Positions 32,912-46,918 of a stretch of DNA of 64,000 nt are shown here, piece by piece. The DNA is taken from NCBI GenBank assembly GCA_036867785.1, contig CP145416.1, forward strand, positions 1,178,001 through 1,242,000. Direction: 5' to 3'. The notes beneath the pieces are model-generated. The model was not told the origin of the DNA. It did not search any database and saw only the letters and a list, made by a program, of their open reading frames with translations. The position numbers were made by a program, and so were the translations under genes. Numbering within the stretch: the stretch's first letter is position 1; every line of letters begins with the position of its first letter. The DNA comes from Plasmodiophora brassicae (Eukaryota).

Positions 32912-34687
32912 ATGTCGAAGGCGTTGGTGGTCGGCGCCGGGGTCACGGGCCTGGCTCTGGCGCACGAACTGCAGCGGTACGCGCCACACGTTGCAGTCAC
33001 AGTCTGCGAACGCAGTGCCCGGGTCGGCGGCTGGGTGCAGTCCCGCCGATCCGAACTGGGCGGCGTGATCGAACCCGGCCCCCGATCCCTGAATCGCATT
33101 CGCGGCGATCTGACTCTGCAGCTGTGCGCTGAACTGGGCCTAGCTGACCGGATTGTGCCCACGTCGTCGACCGCTGCGACTCGGTTCATCGCTGATCGTG
33201 AGGGGGCGCTTCAGGAGATACCAACGTCGATCGGGGCCGTGCTGCGAACGTCTTGGACGAGAACGGCCCCGCTCTACTTGCTGCGCGATGCCATGTTTCC
33301 CAGGCCGTTGCCTGACGATCTGTCGGTATATCAGTTCGCGGTCGACAGGTTCGGCGCACGCGCGTCGGACGTCCTGGCGTCATCGTTGGTGACGGGCATC
33401 TTTGGTGGTGATCAGCGAAGGTAACTGCGTCATTCCAATTCGTCCTCTGCCAATCTCACCAGCGGCACACGTCAGACTGTCGATGAAAGCATGCTTCCCG
33501 AATGTGTACGAGCAGGTCGCCAAGCATCGATCTGTGCTCCGGGCGCTGCTGTCCAACAGGATGAAACCGGGACAGACAGTGTTCGAGGCGACACAATGCG
33601 ATCCCGACCTGTGGATCACCATGCAGAAACGGTTGGGGCGGCAGGCCGCCTACTCGTTCGACGACGGCCTGTCGGTCTTCGTGGACGCACTCGCATCGTC
33701 TGTACGTGAATCGATTCGCACCGGCGTATCCGTCGAACGTATCTGCCCTGAATCGCTGGTCGCCGACTTTAGCGACGGTTGGGAACAAGGCTTCTGCTTG
33801 GCGATGTCGAGCCGCTGACATGGCAACAGGGACCACTGGCACGTTTGATGCGATCTTTTGTACCGGGCCAACGCTTTCTGTCGCTGACGCCATTGCGGGT
33901 TCCGAGCCGGCCCATCAACACTTACGGGACGTCCTGAAGGCAGTTACCTATGTCGGTCTCAGTGGCATTGTGCTGCTAGAAAGGTGTGCTAAACCGTGGT
34001 TCTCTCGGTCTGTTAGGCGTCGCTTGCAACCGTGTCTCTACAGTGGCGAACCCGTCAATCTATCCCTCACGGGTTCGGTGTCCTGCTGCCTGACTGTTAG
34101 ATCGCGACCTGCCTATGCACAGCAATCACTGCTGACGATTGTGCATCCACAGATCCTTCATCGAGCCTCCCTCAGATTCTCGGCATTACATTTGGTGGGT
34201 TGTTGACACGTTGGTTGCTGGTGTCCAACTCTCTGATATGTTTCTTGCAGACAGTGAAATGTTTCCGAATCAAGGACCGCTTGAACAGACGCGGTTGACG
34301 GTTATGATCGGCGGTGCTCGTCACCCTGAGCTTGTCGAGGAAGGGGCTTCTGAAGACCATCTATCGTCGATTGCCATCGATGCCGTCAAGAAGCTAATGG
34401 GCGTTTCCGCTGACCCTGACTCCGTTAGCGTTCACATGTGTCGCAATGCGATCTGCCAGATGTACGTCGGGCACAACGCGCTCGCTGATGAAATCACGAG
34501 CGTGGCGTCGCTCCTCAACCCACACTTCAGAATCGCGTGCAACGCCATTGGAGGCGTCTCCATCAACGACTGCATCCGAACCGCCAAACGTGAAGCAGAG
34601 AATTTCATCGAGTCGTTGGCGTCGCCACATGCTCGCGTTCGTACCCAGCCGCCGACCACGCCGTTCACATCGGCGACGTTCTCTTGA
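32912..34687 (+). CDS. PPOX: Protoporphyrinogen oxidase, multi-exon
   Basis: VVGAGVTGLALA (FAD fold), E..RVGGWVQS, EPGPRSL, GIFGGD..LSMKACFP, YSFDDGL, RLTVMIGG, AICQMYVGH, GVSINDCI. Confidence 0.9.
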
Positions 34688-34706
34688 ATCGATTAACGCG
34701 ACACGT

Positions 34707-36148
34707 TTATTGGTTGCCGAAGCGATAAATTAGGCAGATGCTCATTTGGCTATGGCGGCGAGCGTCCAGATCGCACGCCTGCATATTCGTGACACCGCAG
34801 TCGCTGATGAACGACGTGTTCAGCCAGAACGACGTCACCAGCTCCTTGCGCTGTGCATCAGCGAAGATTCGGAAGTACAGATCGCCCTGGACGCTGATGC
34901 CCAGGTTGAACTCCATCAGGATCGGCACCTCCAGCATTTCGTCGGTCAGCGCTCGGTACAATGGCCTGAAGTCCTGCAGCTGGCCGTCTTCGCCAACGAC
35001 AGACACCATCGCCCAGATTCCAGAACCGTGTCTATGCAGGAACTCCTGCGCCTTCGTGACCATGATGGAGACGAGCATGATCGGGCGTGGGCTCGTGTAC
35101 CTGCTGGGGTTCTGCAGATACCTGCAGAAGTTGTCGAGTTGGCGGAACTGGCTCGGGGGTAGCAGCAGCTCCTTCGTCGATCTCGTCATGCGCAGGTGGG
35201 CAAACAATTCGATGGCACCAGCTGGGCTGTGCGCCTGGCGCGTGTACAGGAGCCAGGCACACACGAACAGGCACGTTCGCCCACACTTGTCAGGAGAACC
35301 TGCATGAGCCAATATCAGTACAGCTTGCTTCACAAGGTTCTCTGGGCCTTACAGATCGCAACGACGCCATGGGCGAGTTGACCAGGCGTTTGCCCGAGCT
35401 CTGTCTGTGTCGATCGCGTGGTCGGGTTCTGTTGTGTCTGCGACAGGAACTCGTCAATCTGCTGGCAGAACGCCAACAGCATGGCTATGGGAGGCACAGA
35501 GTGGCGCTCCAGGCCCAAGTAGACCTCGTTGAACAGCTGGGGGACGCCGGACGGCTCCGAGTCAATGTAGAAGATGCGGAACACGCCATGACGCGACAGC
35601 AACGATATCACGTCGCCTATGCTATTGCCGGATACGCCCGCCTGCGATTCCTTTTCCGACACCGGCAACGACATGGCGACGACGCGTTCGCTGATGTACG
35701 ACAGGTCCAGGTCGAAACCATCGCCGACGAACCGCTTTGTGGTCACTGGTTGCAGGACGCGCATCTCCAGTTTGGACAGGGTAATTCGGTAGATGATCGT
35801 GCAGATCACGCTGACGGTGCAGGCGAGGAGCACGTAGCGGATCTCGGGCAGGAACACCGCGGTAAGGTGCATCGCCGTCAGGGCGATGCATTCGACAGCG
35901 GTGACCCGCCATGACAACCGTTTGTACACTGCAGAGCGGATCGTGCGAACGATGACGAAGACGGTCATGACAGAGGCGACGATGCGGGCCAGGCGCTGCG
36001 CGCTGCCAGCGTCCATGTCGGTCAGGTCCGGAGCGACGCACAGCAACGCGGCATGCAGAGCGGCCTGGTAGATCATGAACGCGACCAGGAACCCGACCGA
36101 ATCCTGCTGGATGCGGTCCCGAAGCACCTGGACCTTGTCGGGGATCAT
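34707..36148 (-). CDS. VSP/TPTE-like protein (4 TM + PTEN phosphatase + C2 domain), probable pseudophosphatase
   Basis: KRFVGDGFDLDLSYISERVVAMSLP; intron 35300-35352 gives VVAICSPDKCGRTCLFVCAWLLY; PSQFRQL; C2 motif VQGDLYFRIF..FWLNTSFI. Confidence 0.82.
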
Positions 36149-36264
36149 GACGGCGACCGCAGCGACTCTCGTGGGGTTTCAATCACGCAGGGTTCTGCTG
36201 CCGCGTGCGATTGCCCCGATTTAGAATTGGCGCACATTGAGCGGTGCCGATCGCTTCATGCAGG

Positions 36265-39200
36265 ATGTTATTTCCACTTCCAGAGCAGCAGCGCCCGCGT
36301 CCAGAATCACTCGAACATGACCTCGACCTGTTGTTTTCCTTGAAAGACAACACCGTCCGAATGATCTGCGACTTTACGTAAACGACTGGTCGCCCGTGCT
36401 TCTCGCCCACAGAATCTCCAGCCGCGTCACTCTTGGACGCGGTGCCGTTTCGCCGTGTGCACTTGCAGAACGCTGTGTTCGACCAAGCCGTTCGCCAGAT
36501 GCGGCGCTTATCACTTGGGCTGCGAACTCGGTGAACCACCCGTCCGTTCCGTTGCCACAAATGAAGTGACTGCGCAGGGTAGCTGCACAGTCCGTCGTCG
36601 TTGTCGCTGACGATGTCGTCGTTCCAGGAGACGCAGGATTGTCTGCGTACGCCATCGAGTCGGCTGGCGAAGAGCTCGACGCCGCCTACGGATGCGGACG
36701 CGGGCGACGCCCCGTTCGAAGAGGCGGTGTCGCATGCGATCGTGTTCGGCGCCCGTGCGCATGATGCCGTCTGCCGTGCCCAATTCCACCTGTCTATCCT
36801 GGGGAAATTGGTGCATCCTGAACCAGAAGCGACGTGCAGTGATTCATTTCGCATTGCGTTGCTTTGCGACGGCGATGGTCGGGCAGTGGCCCACGGGCGT
36901 GTCATGCCCACGACACAAGTGCATTTTGTATCCGCATCCTACAACTGTGTCATCATCCTTGATATGTCGACTTCAATGGCGTCAGCGTTGGCGGAAGCGG
37001 GGAGCGGGTCCGTCAGTTTAGACAGGGCATTCGCCTGTGTGACACAGATCGTCAAGATCCTAATCGCATGCGCTGATTACATTCCGCACGATCCGTCGGC
37101 AGCTTCCTCGTCCCGCATTCTCCTATCGATCATTGCATGCGACCATTCCAACGTGCTGAGGTCCATCCTTCACGGGTGGCCGTTGGCCCGCGACCATCTT
37201 CCCGAACTACTGCGCATCATTGACAAACGGCTGTCTTCATTGGAGAACGAACTGTCTCACGTGCATCCCGATCCGTCGTCGAATGACGCCTCATTCATGC
37301 TTGCGTCCATGTTGCTGACACACGACCGCCTGCCTGGAGATCGTGCGCCGATATCGTTCTTTGTCACTGACGGGGTGCTTACTGCGCCCGACATCGGAAC
37401 GTTTGACAATGTGTTCACGTCAATTGCCGCCAAAGACATTGCTGTTCATACTGTACTGCTGCACCGCCACTCCGGTCACTTTGGGTTTATTCCAGATCCC
37501 GATTTTCTTGTCATGATATCGCAGTACTCTGGTGGTGTTCATCTTTCCGCATCTGATCTCGACGCATTTGATCTTCGCACACGCGAGTCGCTGTTTGGCG
37601 GGTCGTACTCCCCTCTCCTACTTCGGCAGTCGGCGCTCTGTAAGTCGGCGTTGCCGTTCATATCTGGAGCGCCATGCAGTGAACCTACCAACTGGGGTGG
37701 CCCTTTATTCTGCCTCAAAATCAAGGAGTATCTTTTGGATGTCAGCATCGGGTCACTGTTGCTCTGTCGTATCAAGGAAGGGTTTAAATGTGGCCAAACG
37801 ACCAACCTTAAAGGCGGCGGATTTTCTCTATCCATGACCCTTGTGTGGAAGCCGATCGTTACGGTTGATTATGTAATCGAGAAGCGTCTTCACGAGAATC
37901 CCCGCGTCATTGTCAAAGTCATTGCGTACGTTGTTCTTTGTTCAAAATGCTTCATACTCTCATTCGCATGATAGACCAGACGAGTTCCTGCGACGTTTGC
38001 AAATCCTCCAGAAGTCGAAAAAGAATCGAGGGCCAGTTATGACAATCAATTCAGGCGTTGCCGCACCCCCGCCTCTGGTGCTGCTCGAGCGACTGACGAA
38101 TCTTGTGAAGACCGACCAGCTGTTGATTCTTCTCCATTCGCTACGGCCCGATGATATCACAGGCTCCACACTTTCAACGTAGGACAGACGTGCAGCGTGA
38201 TGTTGTTTCTCTGACCCAGCTCTGCGCCAGCCTGAGACAGCGAGGCGAACCCGATCTACGCCTTGTGCGGTCTCTATCTGGAACTGGGCGCAACGCAAGC
38301 GAAAGGTCTTTCTCGGCGTCGCAACCTCCTCAGGTTTGGATACTATCTAGCATCGGGATTGTCAAGACAAGTGCCCTCTGACGAAATTTGCCGTTCAGGA
38401 GTCTCCAGCTCTTTTAAAGATAATCGCAATGCCGCCTACATCTTGGAAGCGCTGGTTTTCTGTCACGCGCCTAGACTTTTTCTGCACGTCTCGTTGCCGC
38501 GATAAGGTCTTTGCCAAGTTGCGCTTCTTCCAATGTCATTCGTCCTGACTCAACTGACTAGAAGAAACATCGATCTAGCTGCACTGATTTTGATAGCAAT
38601 AAGGACATCATACATGCTGCTCTAACGACGTGGAGCTCCTCTGTCCATGGGAACCTTTACGTAAAGCTCCTTGCAGCTAGAGAATCGCTGGCTCCTCAGA
38701 ACGAGTGAGCGTCGCTAGACCCCCGCATTTCGAGAGCCACTGACCTGACACTAGGCTGGACATCCACTTATGGAGTGCCGGTGCATCAAAGCCATTGCCG
38801 ATCTGTCTGGCTCGCATATTCTGGCACAGCAACATTCTCGCGTCATTATACGTAGGGGTTTTTACAGTTGGAGGTGCACAGGCGGACGTGGAGATTGCCC
38901 ACATCAAGGTTCATGGGACATGGATTGTTTACGTTCTGTTCTGACAGAATTGTTTCAAGACGCTTATAGCAAACTGCCGGCCAAGCGGATCTGGTTCCGA
39001 ATCTGAACCTTGGATTGTCTTTCCATCTACGCCACTGAGTCCTGTCCTGCTCAAGTTGGATCCGTCGGACGCCGTCTTCAGAAATGTCCACGTAATCGTC
39101 ACAACTAGTAAGATGTTTCGTTGACTTCCTCCCTCAGGACGTAAAGCGTGTAAAGTTCCCGCTCGAGTCAGCCCCACTGAACGGCAACGCCTTCGTCGAG

Positions 39201-42200
39201 CTACCTTCTTCAGTTTCTCTAAATACCACGCTGCTCGCGCGGTCCAGAAGCAATCCTAATCTTGCTTCGTTGGGCATGTCGAGAGAGGTGTCCCCTGTGT
39301 CAGCTGCGGGCTCTTCTTCTACTACGAAACCTCCATCGCCGCAACATAATGACCCGAGCCGTGAATCTGTCGAGTCCAGTCTTCCTAAGTCCGTCCTGCG
39401 GTCGTTCATGTACAGCGCACAGCGCACATATAGGACGCAGAACACTGAGTAGGTGCATTGTCCCTGGTAACGTTGCATGCTCGGTCGATGATGACTCCTT
39501 TAGAATGCTGCGCTGTTTCTTTGCCCACATCAATGACGCGCGACATCGTGATGGCTTCGACCTGCTGTTTGCCGATGAGTTGTCATTCACGTATTGTTTT
39601 GAAATATCCCTACCGACGGGTGTCTCAGCGAACCTCCAGTACGCGGTCTGCTTGGTTTCTTCAGTTGATGTCGGTCATTTTGAAGACATGTTGATGGCAA
39701 TGTCTAAATGGAACGCAACAGGTCTTGGTGGAAGTGTGGCTGGATCCTCTCGATACTGCAGAAGTATCTTGTCGGTCCTTATTCCAAACAATCATGGACT
39801 ACTTTGACAAATCCGACAAACTGACACTTCAGTCTCTCCAAGTCTTCCACAGTATTCAAGACGCTCACCGCAACAACGTGCTGTCGTTGCGGGGTTCTCG
39901 TCGGGTTGAGCAAAGTCACATGAATGCTGTCTTCAGATACAGTAGTCGATCGCGTCACTCGCGATGCGCAGTCGAAGACTTTCGTGTTCAGGAATTTCCC
40001 TTCGATATACTTCCGTTAATGCGAAACGCAAGACCTTGTTTCGTTCCTCTTCGCTTTCCACACGGTCGTAACCTACCGCCCACATGGTTGTATTGTTTGC
40101 TCATACTCGTTGAATCTAGGCCTTGCTGTGTCACAGACGTGCGTGTTGGAGTCTTTATGCCGAATCCCGTCCATCGTCGAGGTAGTGCCTGGCGCATGTT
40201 TCGCTCAGGTCGTCGACAGGAAGACTGTAACTCTTGCCTTGCTGACTGCCGACGTCGATACATCTGGTAATTTACGTGCAGACTGGTTGCTCGGCATGAT
40301 TCTAACTGAGTAAGGCCTTTAGTGGCGTCGCTGGCATCCGACGTCAAATCCTTGATGGCGTATGCCAAGGAAATACTAGACCGTTTATGTGGAGACGCTG
40401 ATCGTCGTGAGAGCGAAAACATTGTCCTCATCTTTGAGGTTGCTCTGGAAGACATCTTGGACTCCAAATCTGAACTCAGAAACGTCGTCGCAAACTTGAT
40501 AAAATCAGGCGCATCTGCTATAGAGTCAAATGCTGTTTATCAGCATGAATGCCATCACTCATCAGCTCTGGTCAGTGCTGTGTATGTCCATGTGCTGATG
40601 TTCTTTTAAACATGGCCGGTAGAACATGCTTCGTGACCTAATCGAGCACCTCCATTCAATTTATTTCGCCCAGGAGGTGTTCTCGAATCTCTCACATGGG
40701 TCGAACGTATCAGACGATGATGTCAACGCGGTAGCTTTAGATCTTTTCATTCACCCGACCTCGCAATGATACTGTCTCCAGGTCGTCTCTTCGCTTGTCG
40801 ATTATTCTAATCACATCAATATTACAAGCGTTATTTGCAATGGCGCTGATTACCAAGCTATGTCGGCGTCGCTCGACAAAATCATCAGGGAATGCCTTCG
40901 CGCAGTAACTAGCAGCTCAGATGATTGGGCGACGCCGACATACTTCATCTTCGTTGATGGGAATGGTTTGCAAGAATCTGCGCGTCATTAAGTAACGATG
41001 ATTCTGATTCCGTGCGTGTGACAGAGTTTCATAACGATGACGCTGCGGATACTGATGATGATTCGGACGACCTTGCTCCAAACGTTTCGAGAGCTGGAAG
41101 TCGGGCAGAGCACTTGCTAGACGTAGGCTGAGTGTATTGCTGTAATGGAACTGGGCTTGACGTTCGACACAGCCCTCAATTCCGGATGCAGTACCGTTCT
41201 GCATGCGGTTCGAAGTTGTGGTCCGCAGTGACGACCGCGTCCTTGCCACAATTCCGATTTCGTCTGGGTCAAGTTCGAGTGCTGCATTCGACCAGGCGCG
41301 CCAATCTGCCAGGGATGCTGCCCAAGACGGAACGGCTCCGGTGGTCTTCATGCGAATAACATGTTGCACTTTTCGGTTCCGCGAATGGTGTCTTGGCTGT
41401 CTGTGCGTTGTATGCTCTTGACGCTTACTGCCGTGCTGTCTAACAGGGAAAGCTATCGTTTCGGTGTGGATCCAGATGTGTCCACTGGTCTTCGGAAGAG
41501 CACTTCGATGTCGGCGTTATCGTCTGCGTCGACTTCTCCGATATCTATGAGACGCCTGAAACTTGGCGGGTTCTCTGTGCTTCCAGAACCTTTGTCCAAG
41601 CAGATGGCTAGAGTATGTCAGAACAGGGTAATTCGCAAACTTCCCCGGATGTCAACAGCTATCATGTTTTAGATATCCAAGCAAATCCGGAGCATGTTTG
41701 CAGACCAAGTTCTTCGAAACCTACAGAAACAGGTCGGTGTCTACGATGTAGATTTGTAAATTGTCCCAACTGAAAACGAGCTGTTTTCAGCTTGGCACGA
41801 ATTGGTCACCCGACAATGTAACTGAAGAGCTGCTCACGGATATCCAGCTACATATGGGTCGGCTTAGAGACACACATAAGCTACAGAAACGCATCCCCAT
41901 CGATTTTGTTTCTCCTGGTTTGGTCAGTCTGCATCCATGTCAGGCAGTTTCTTGCCATATTCACATCGATGTCTTAGGCCACGGCATCCATGTTTCTGAG
42001 GGAGTTTGGAGCCAATCATATAATCAGTGTTCACAAGGTTGGTAGCCTTGTATTTGCACTTCGACCACCTCCGTGGCTTCTGGTAATATTCAGTGAGTCA
42101 CTGGAAATCGCGCATATCGTCTTGCACAACTCGTTAATCGACGATCAAGCTGCGCTTGCCACTATTGCGCTTGTGCAGGACGCGCTATATGCAACTGTTC

Positions 42201-45200
42201 GTCGAGTTAACCAGATTACCTTGCTGAACTCTCTGCACGTGTCTAGAGTCGCCTCCCCCGCTTTGATCCCGCCGTGTGAAACTGATAATGTGCATCGATC
42301 TGCATCATCTGCTGGCAAATTTCCAGCTGGGAGTCTCTCATGTCCGTGCGTTCTAACGCACGACATCCCTTTGCATGTTCGGCTGGGCTCCGCTGCTGCT
42401 CTTGAAACGCTTTCGGACACTGCGCTTCATCCGTTTACGATTACCAACCGTCGATACGTTTTCGTTATCCAGCAACAGTCTGGAAGTGTGTTCTATTTGA
42501 GAATTTGTGCTGCTCGGGATGATATTCTTCGCCTCGAAGTTTTTGGTGTTGATCCTCCCGACGATGAGATTCGTGAGGAGCTTCCAAGGCTGGTGAGAAC
42601 AAAGGTTGCATCCGCGACAATCAACATCTTGTCTTCCTTGCTGTCAAGGAACGCCCAGTTCCGCATGCTCCCAGACGATCTCAGTTTGGTGCGTCCAGGG
42701 CAGTCGGCTCCGTCTCGTGCGGTCTGCTATAGTTTTGATGGGAAGAATGCGAACCCACTTTCATTCATGCTTATTCTGTCGCAAACTCTGCGTCATTCTC
42801 CTTGTCTCTCCCCACTTCTTTTGTCAACACCTCCACCGCTGACGCTACCCTTGAGCACACCACATGATGGTAATATTGTCTCCTGGATCTGGAGTGACTT
42901 TGCCTTCGTGTACAACTTTGGTACGTCAACATACGACGGCATAACGCTTCGGATTCGGTGACATCTACGTTTAGATGAAAGATTTGATGTATCGAAACAG
43001 CTCGGCAATGGCCTTGCCATGATTTTCTGTTCTCTTCTGGATGAGTCGGGGCGCGTGGTGCGAGCCGTGAAGCCGTTCAATAACTCTCGTGATGAAGACG
43101 TGCAGGTAGCAACTTACCTAGCACATACAGTTTTGTGGAAGTTCAAATGTCATTCCTAGGAAACACTCAACAACCCGGTTACCATCGAGGATATAGCTTG
43201 CCGCGAAGGTTTGCGGCCGCCAATGGATCCATCATTGTTTTATGAACGTTCATTGCTCACAGGTGGGATCTCGGTTATGGACAGCACCGTCGTCACTGGA
43301 ATATGGGATTATACTTCGAAGCGGATCGCGATATCTATGGAAATCTGGATGCTTGGAGCCGTCAACATTGAAATGCTCGTCGACCTGTTCAGCCAATCGT
43401 TTAAACAGGTATAAGTCGCACACAAACGTTTCTGTATTCATTAATATTGTGGGACAGGCATTGTCAGACTTTCGTATTGAGTGGGCCTGGAATCGCTTCG
43501 ACCGAACGCCTACTGGCAGTTTGGATATGTTGCTGGTTCACGGACAAACTATAGAGAACCCGACCGTCAGCGTGACCTCGTTTGGATTTCACCTGTAAGC
43601 ATATCGGCTGCAAAGTATTTATCCTTACGCCCGTACTTATTGCCACAAGGCCGAGTTACTGTCTAGCAAGCGTCGTCAAAGAAATGGTTTCAATGATCAC
43701 TCCTGTTTGCGAGTGCCAAGTAGCAATGTCGTCGCAAGAGAACAGCTGGGTTTTCGTCCCGGACGTTTCTACGATGACAATGAGGTAATAGCGACGACGT
43801 TGCGTTTTCTTTGAGGTCTCCTTATAAAGTGTGTATCTCTAGGCATCCTCAGGTGGTCCGAATCGTCGGCCGAGGTACTGGTTCGAATGAGCATGTCCTG
43901 CGGGATAATATTATCGGGCTGGAGTGTGCGTATTCTGGCTCCGTTGCTAAGGAGGCGGTAACTCACAAACGTTGCTCCTTCGTGATCGTTACAATCCAAC
44001 GACGGTCTATTCGAATTGTTACGTACAATTGGCGCCCCAACTACACAGCCCAGCTGAGTGAGTGGGGTCGTATTTTAAATGACATGTTCGGGGTGAAGAT
44101 TGAACGTTCCTGCTTACAGCTAAGCAGACAGCACGCTTAGCGTCATGGACCCAATTCCGACTACATCTTCTGGAGGCCGTTCTCCATCAAAAGCTTGGTT
44201 TGTTCAACCATGTACCGTGTCATCCGCCGGCAGTATCGAAGGAACCGGTGTCGTCAAAGGATCCTCCTTCAACTGTCCATGCCCGGTTCACTGTTGACAA
44301 CATCGCTACGTTGGTTGAGCACGAGGTTCGCAACTTGCGCGACAATGTCAATGCTATGGAAACATTACATGGAAATGATACAGGTACCACCACGCCATCA
44401 AATCCATGAAACGTCGCAACACCTAACATCACCTACCGACTTGCCGACGTCCGTACCAGTTTGTCGAATGCCCATGCTCGTTAGTAGCTGCTAATAGTAT
44501 TTCTGCCAGTGTATCTCATCATCGAGGGGGGCGCGGACGAATTCCAAACCGGTTTGAGGTTCGAAGACGATCGCAGAAGGGTCCAGGAACCCGTCCCGGA
44601 ATGCGAATGCATCATGCTAGTGGATCCATAGTTGGCAGCCCAATGGGTAGCTCAGTGCCTTTTAGTTCCGTTCTTCGCGGCGCTCTTCCTGACACGAGGT
44701 TGGACATCGTTGTACGTGATCGCCTGTGTCTAATGCGTTTTTAGTGTAAAACTCCATGCCGATCCAGTTTACCAGCATGGTCAGGCATTTCTGGCTGTTG
44801 CAAAACGTCTAAAGGAAGTTGGCGATAGCGAAGCTCGACGCGAGGTAATCTGTACCTTCGTTCGCTGGCTTGACCTAATCAGATTGCCTTCAAGTTCTGC
44901 ACGATACTTTGCGAAACTAGTTCTGGGCCGTCCTCTGCCTCCAGCGCAATGCAGCTAGTCTGGATTGATTTTACGGTTTCCAATGCGACGTTTCTCCAGG
45001 TCAGGCCTTTGCTTTCGGGTTAGTATTCGCGTAGTAACGGTCAATTTGAAGTCTTGCACTCTGCCCTTCATGTTCCTTTCTGAGACTGGGGACGCGAAAA
45101 GCCCATCATCGTGGAGTGAGACTTTCATTGGGCAATTTCTTAGCCATTTGCAGTCGACATCGGGCGTTTCTTCTCTGCTGGGAGCTATCCAATCACCAGG

Positions 45201-46395
45201 TGCCATTGTTGACGTACTATAGAGCAGCGTGTTACTCAACTATTTGGGCAGGCCATCACCGGCACCTCCTTCGACGCTGTCTGGAACCCGGAAAGATCTT
45301 GCTTATCGAGGTCAGGTGCAACCGTTTGCTTATTCGCTTGCGTTTGCGTTTAAATGCCTGCCAGGTTTTGGTCAATCCCGATGCCGCAACGTGTGCTACC
45401 CATATATTTGATTCGGTGACTGAGACGTCATCTGAGGCCGCCTTCTCTACGATATCCGAACTGACCCGGGACATCGCTTTCGAGCCATTCATGGAGATGT
45501 TCCACGAACGCTTCATCATCGACAAGGCTCAAACTATTACGCGTATTTACGATCACCCACGCTGCTGTTGTGGTCATTCACGATGTCCCAGATCCTGATT
45601 TCAGCTTCTTCCGCACACTGATGGCGCTGTCGTCGCCGTCTTCACCGTACCGAAACGTCCAGGTAGCATCGGCGAAAGGAACCTGTGAGCTTCTGGATCT
45701 TCTCTTTTCGAGCGGCGACTTGGTTCCAATTCCTTCACCTAAACCGGATGGTTTCATGACGCGCTCCGATGGGATCTGTATGCTGGTCAGGACACGAGGG
45801 TTGGTTCTCTTCATGTGTGGCTCGGCTGCTAAGTTGCCCTTTTTAGATCTTCCGAACGGACCCTAACGAGGTCGCGACATTCTGCTTCCGTCGGGCAGTT
45901 TGCGACGATTTGTCCAAGTTGGCCGCCCAGTTCCTGAACGACTTGCTGCACACCTGTCTGGTGCGCCAGAGTGCCTCCCTGCTCTGGAACCGACTGTCGT
46001 CCAATATGGAAACGTCTATCAGCTTGACGCCGTCCGAGGCAGAGGCATTCCTGCAGGTTTTCGACCGGAAAGACCTCGTCGACTTTGATCCGTCTCTGGG
46101 ACGCCTATTGCAACGCGTTCGCATGGTCGACAGCGAGTTATTCATATCAGAGATCCGGAGTTCGTTTCGCGGGCGCTGTTGCGACTTGACCGTCAGTGGT
46201 CAGCCGGCGTACCTCGTCCTCTGCTTGCCAAAGCCATCGGACGCCGCCCTGTTCGTCCACGTGGCCGACCCGTATCGCTTGGAGGTCTGCGCCCGGGACC
46301 GGTCAAACGAGCATCACGATCAAATGCGCTCTCTCGTCATCGACTATGTCAACGCAGCGTGCTATCTGCTTTGGAAGATGTGCATCCCTGAATAA
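36265..46395 (+). CDS. SZT2: SZT2-like (KICSTOR scaffold) large multi-exon gene; start approximate
   Basis: vWA-like IILDMSTSM..FVTDGV..FGFIPDPDFL; LLLCRIKEGF..LVWKP; RRVNQITLLNSLHVSRVAS..LHVRL..LHPFTITNRRYVFV..SGSVFYLRI; ends YVNAACYLLW. Confidence 0.78.
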
Positions 46396-46481
46396 CGAAC
46401 CCCGACTATATTTATTGTTGTATCCGTTCGTACGTCATCGCCTTGCCGTTTAGTTCGAGTCGGCGAGCTGAACCGTGCACG

Positions 46482-46799
46482 CTATTGACTGCTGGCACTG
46501 CAGACGGCCTGGCTGTCCATGTTCGGGTTCGTCGGCGCCCTGCGCTCAACGTCGTGGCGTATGTCGATCAGGATGCCGGCGGCGCGGTTCACGACCGAGT
46601 CCACCCGCAGGGGAACCCGATCGGCACATGCCCATCCGGATCGATGGCATCGCGGGCACGGCCGTTGATTCGAGCACCGCAGCTTCGCCCTTGCGCACCG
46701 TTCGCAGGCCCGCTTCGTACTGTACCGAGCTGGCGACAGCGGCGAGTGCCCGCCCATCTCGGTCGCTGCGTGCCCATCGTCGTCGTGCTGTCCGCTCAT
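46482..46799 (-). CDS. Small Zn(II)2Cys6 zinc-cluster protein (~105 aa)
   Basis: RACERCARAKLRCSNQRPCPRCHRSGWAC fits C-x2-C-x6-C-x5-C-x2-C-x6-C. Confidence 0.85.
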   Translation of the reverse strand: MSGQHDDDGHAATEMGGHSPLSPARYSTKRACERCARAKLRCSNQRPCPRCHRSGWACADRVPLRVDSVVNRAAGILIDIRHDVERRAPTNPNMDSQAVCSASSQ

Positions 46800-46918
46800 C
46801 ACTGTGCGCCCTTGCACGACCGCCTCTGCCGTGTCGCGCAGGGTCGGCAGGCTCGGCGAACGATCGTTCGAGAACAAGCACGCGTTCTAGACGCGCGGTG
46901 CCGCCGCCGCCGCCCCAT

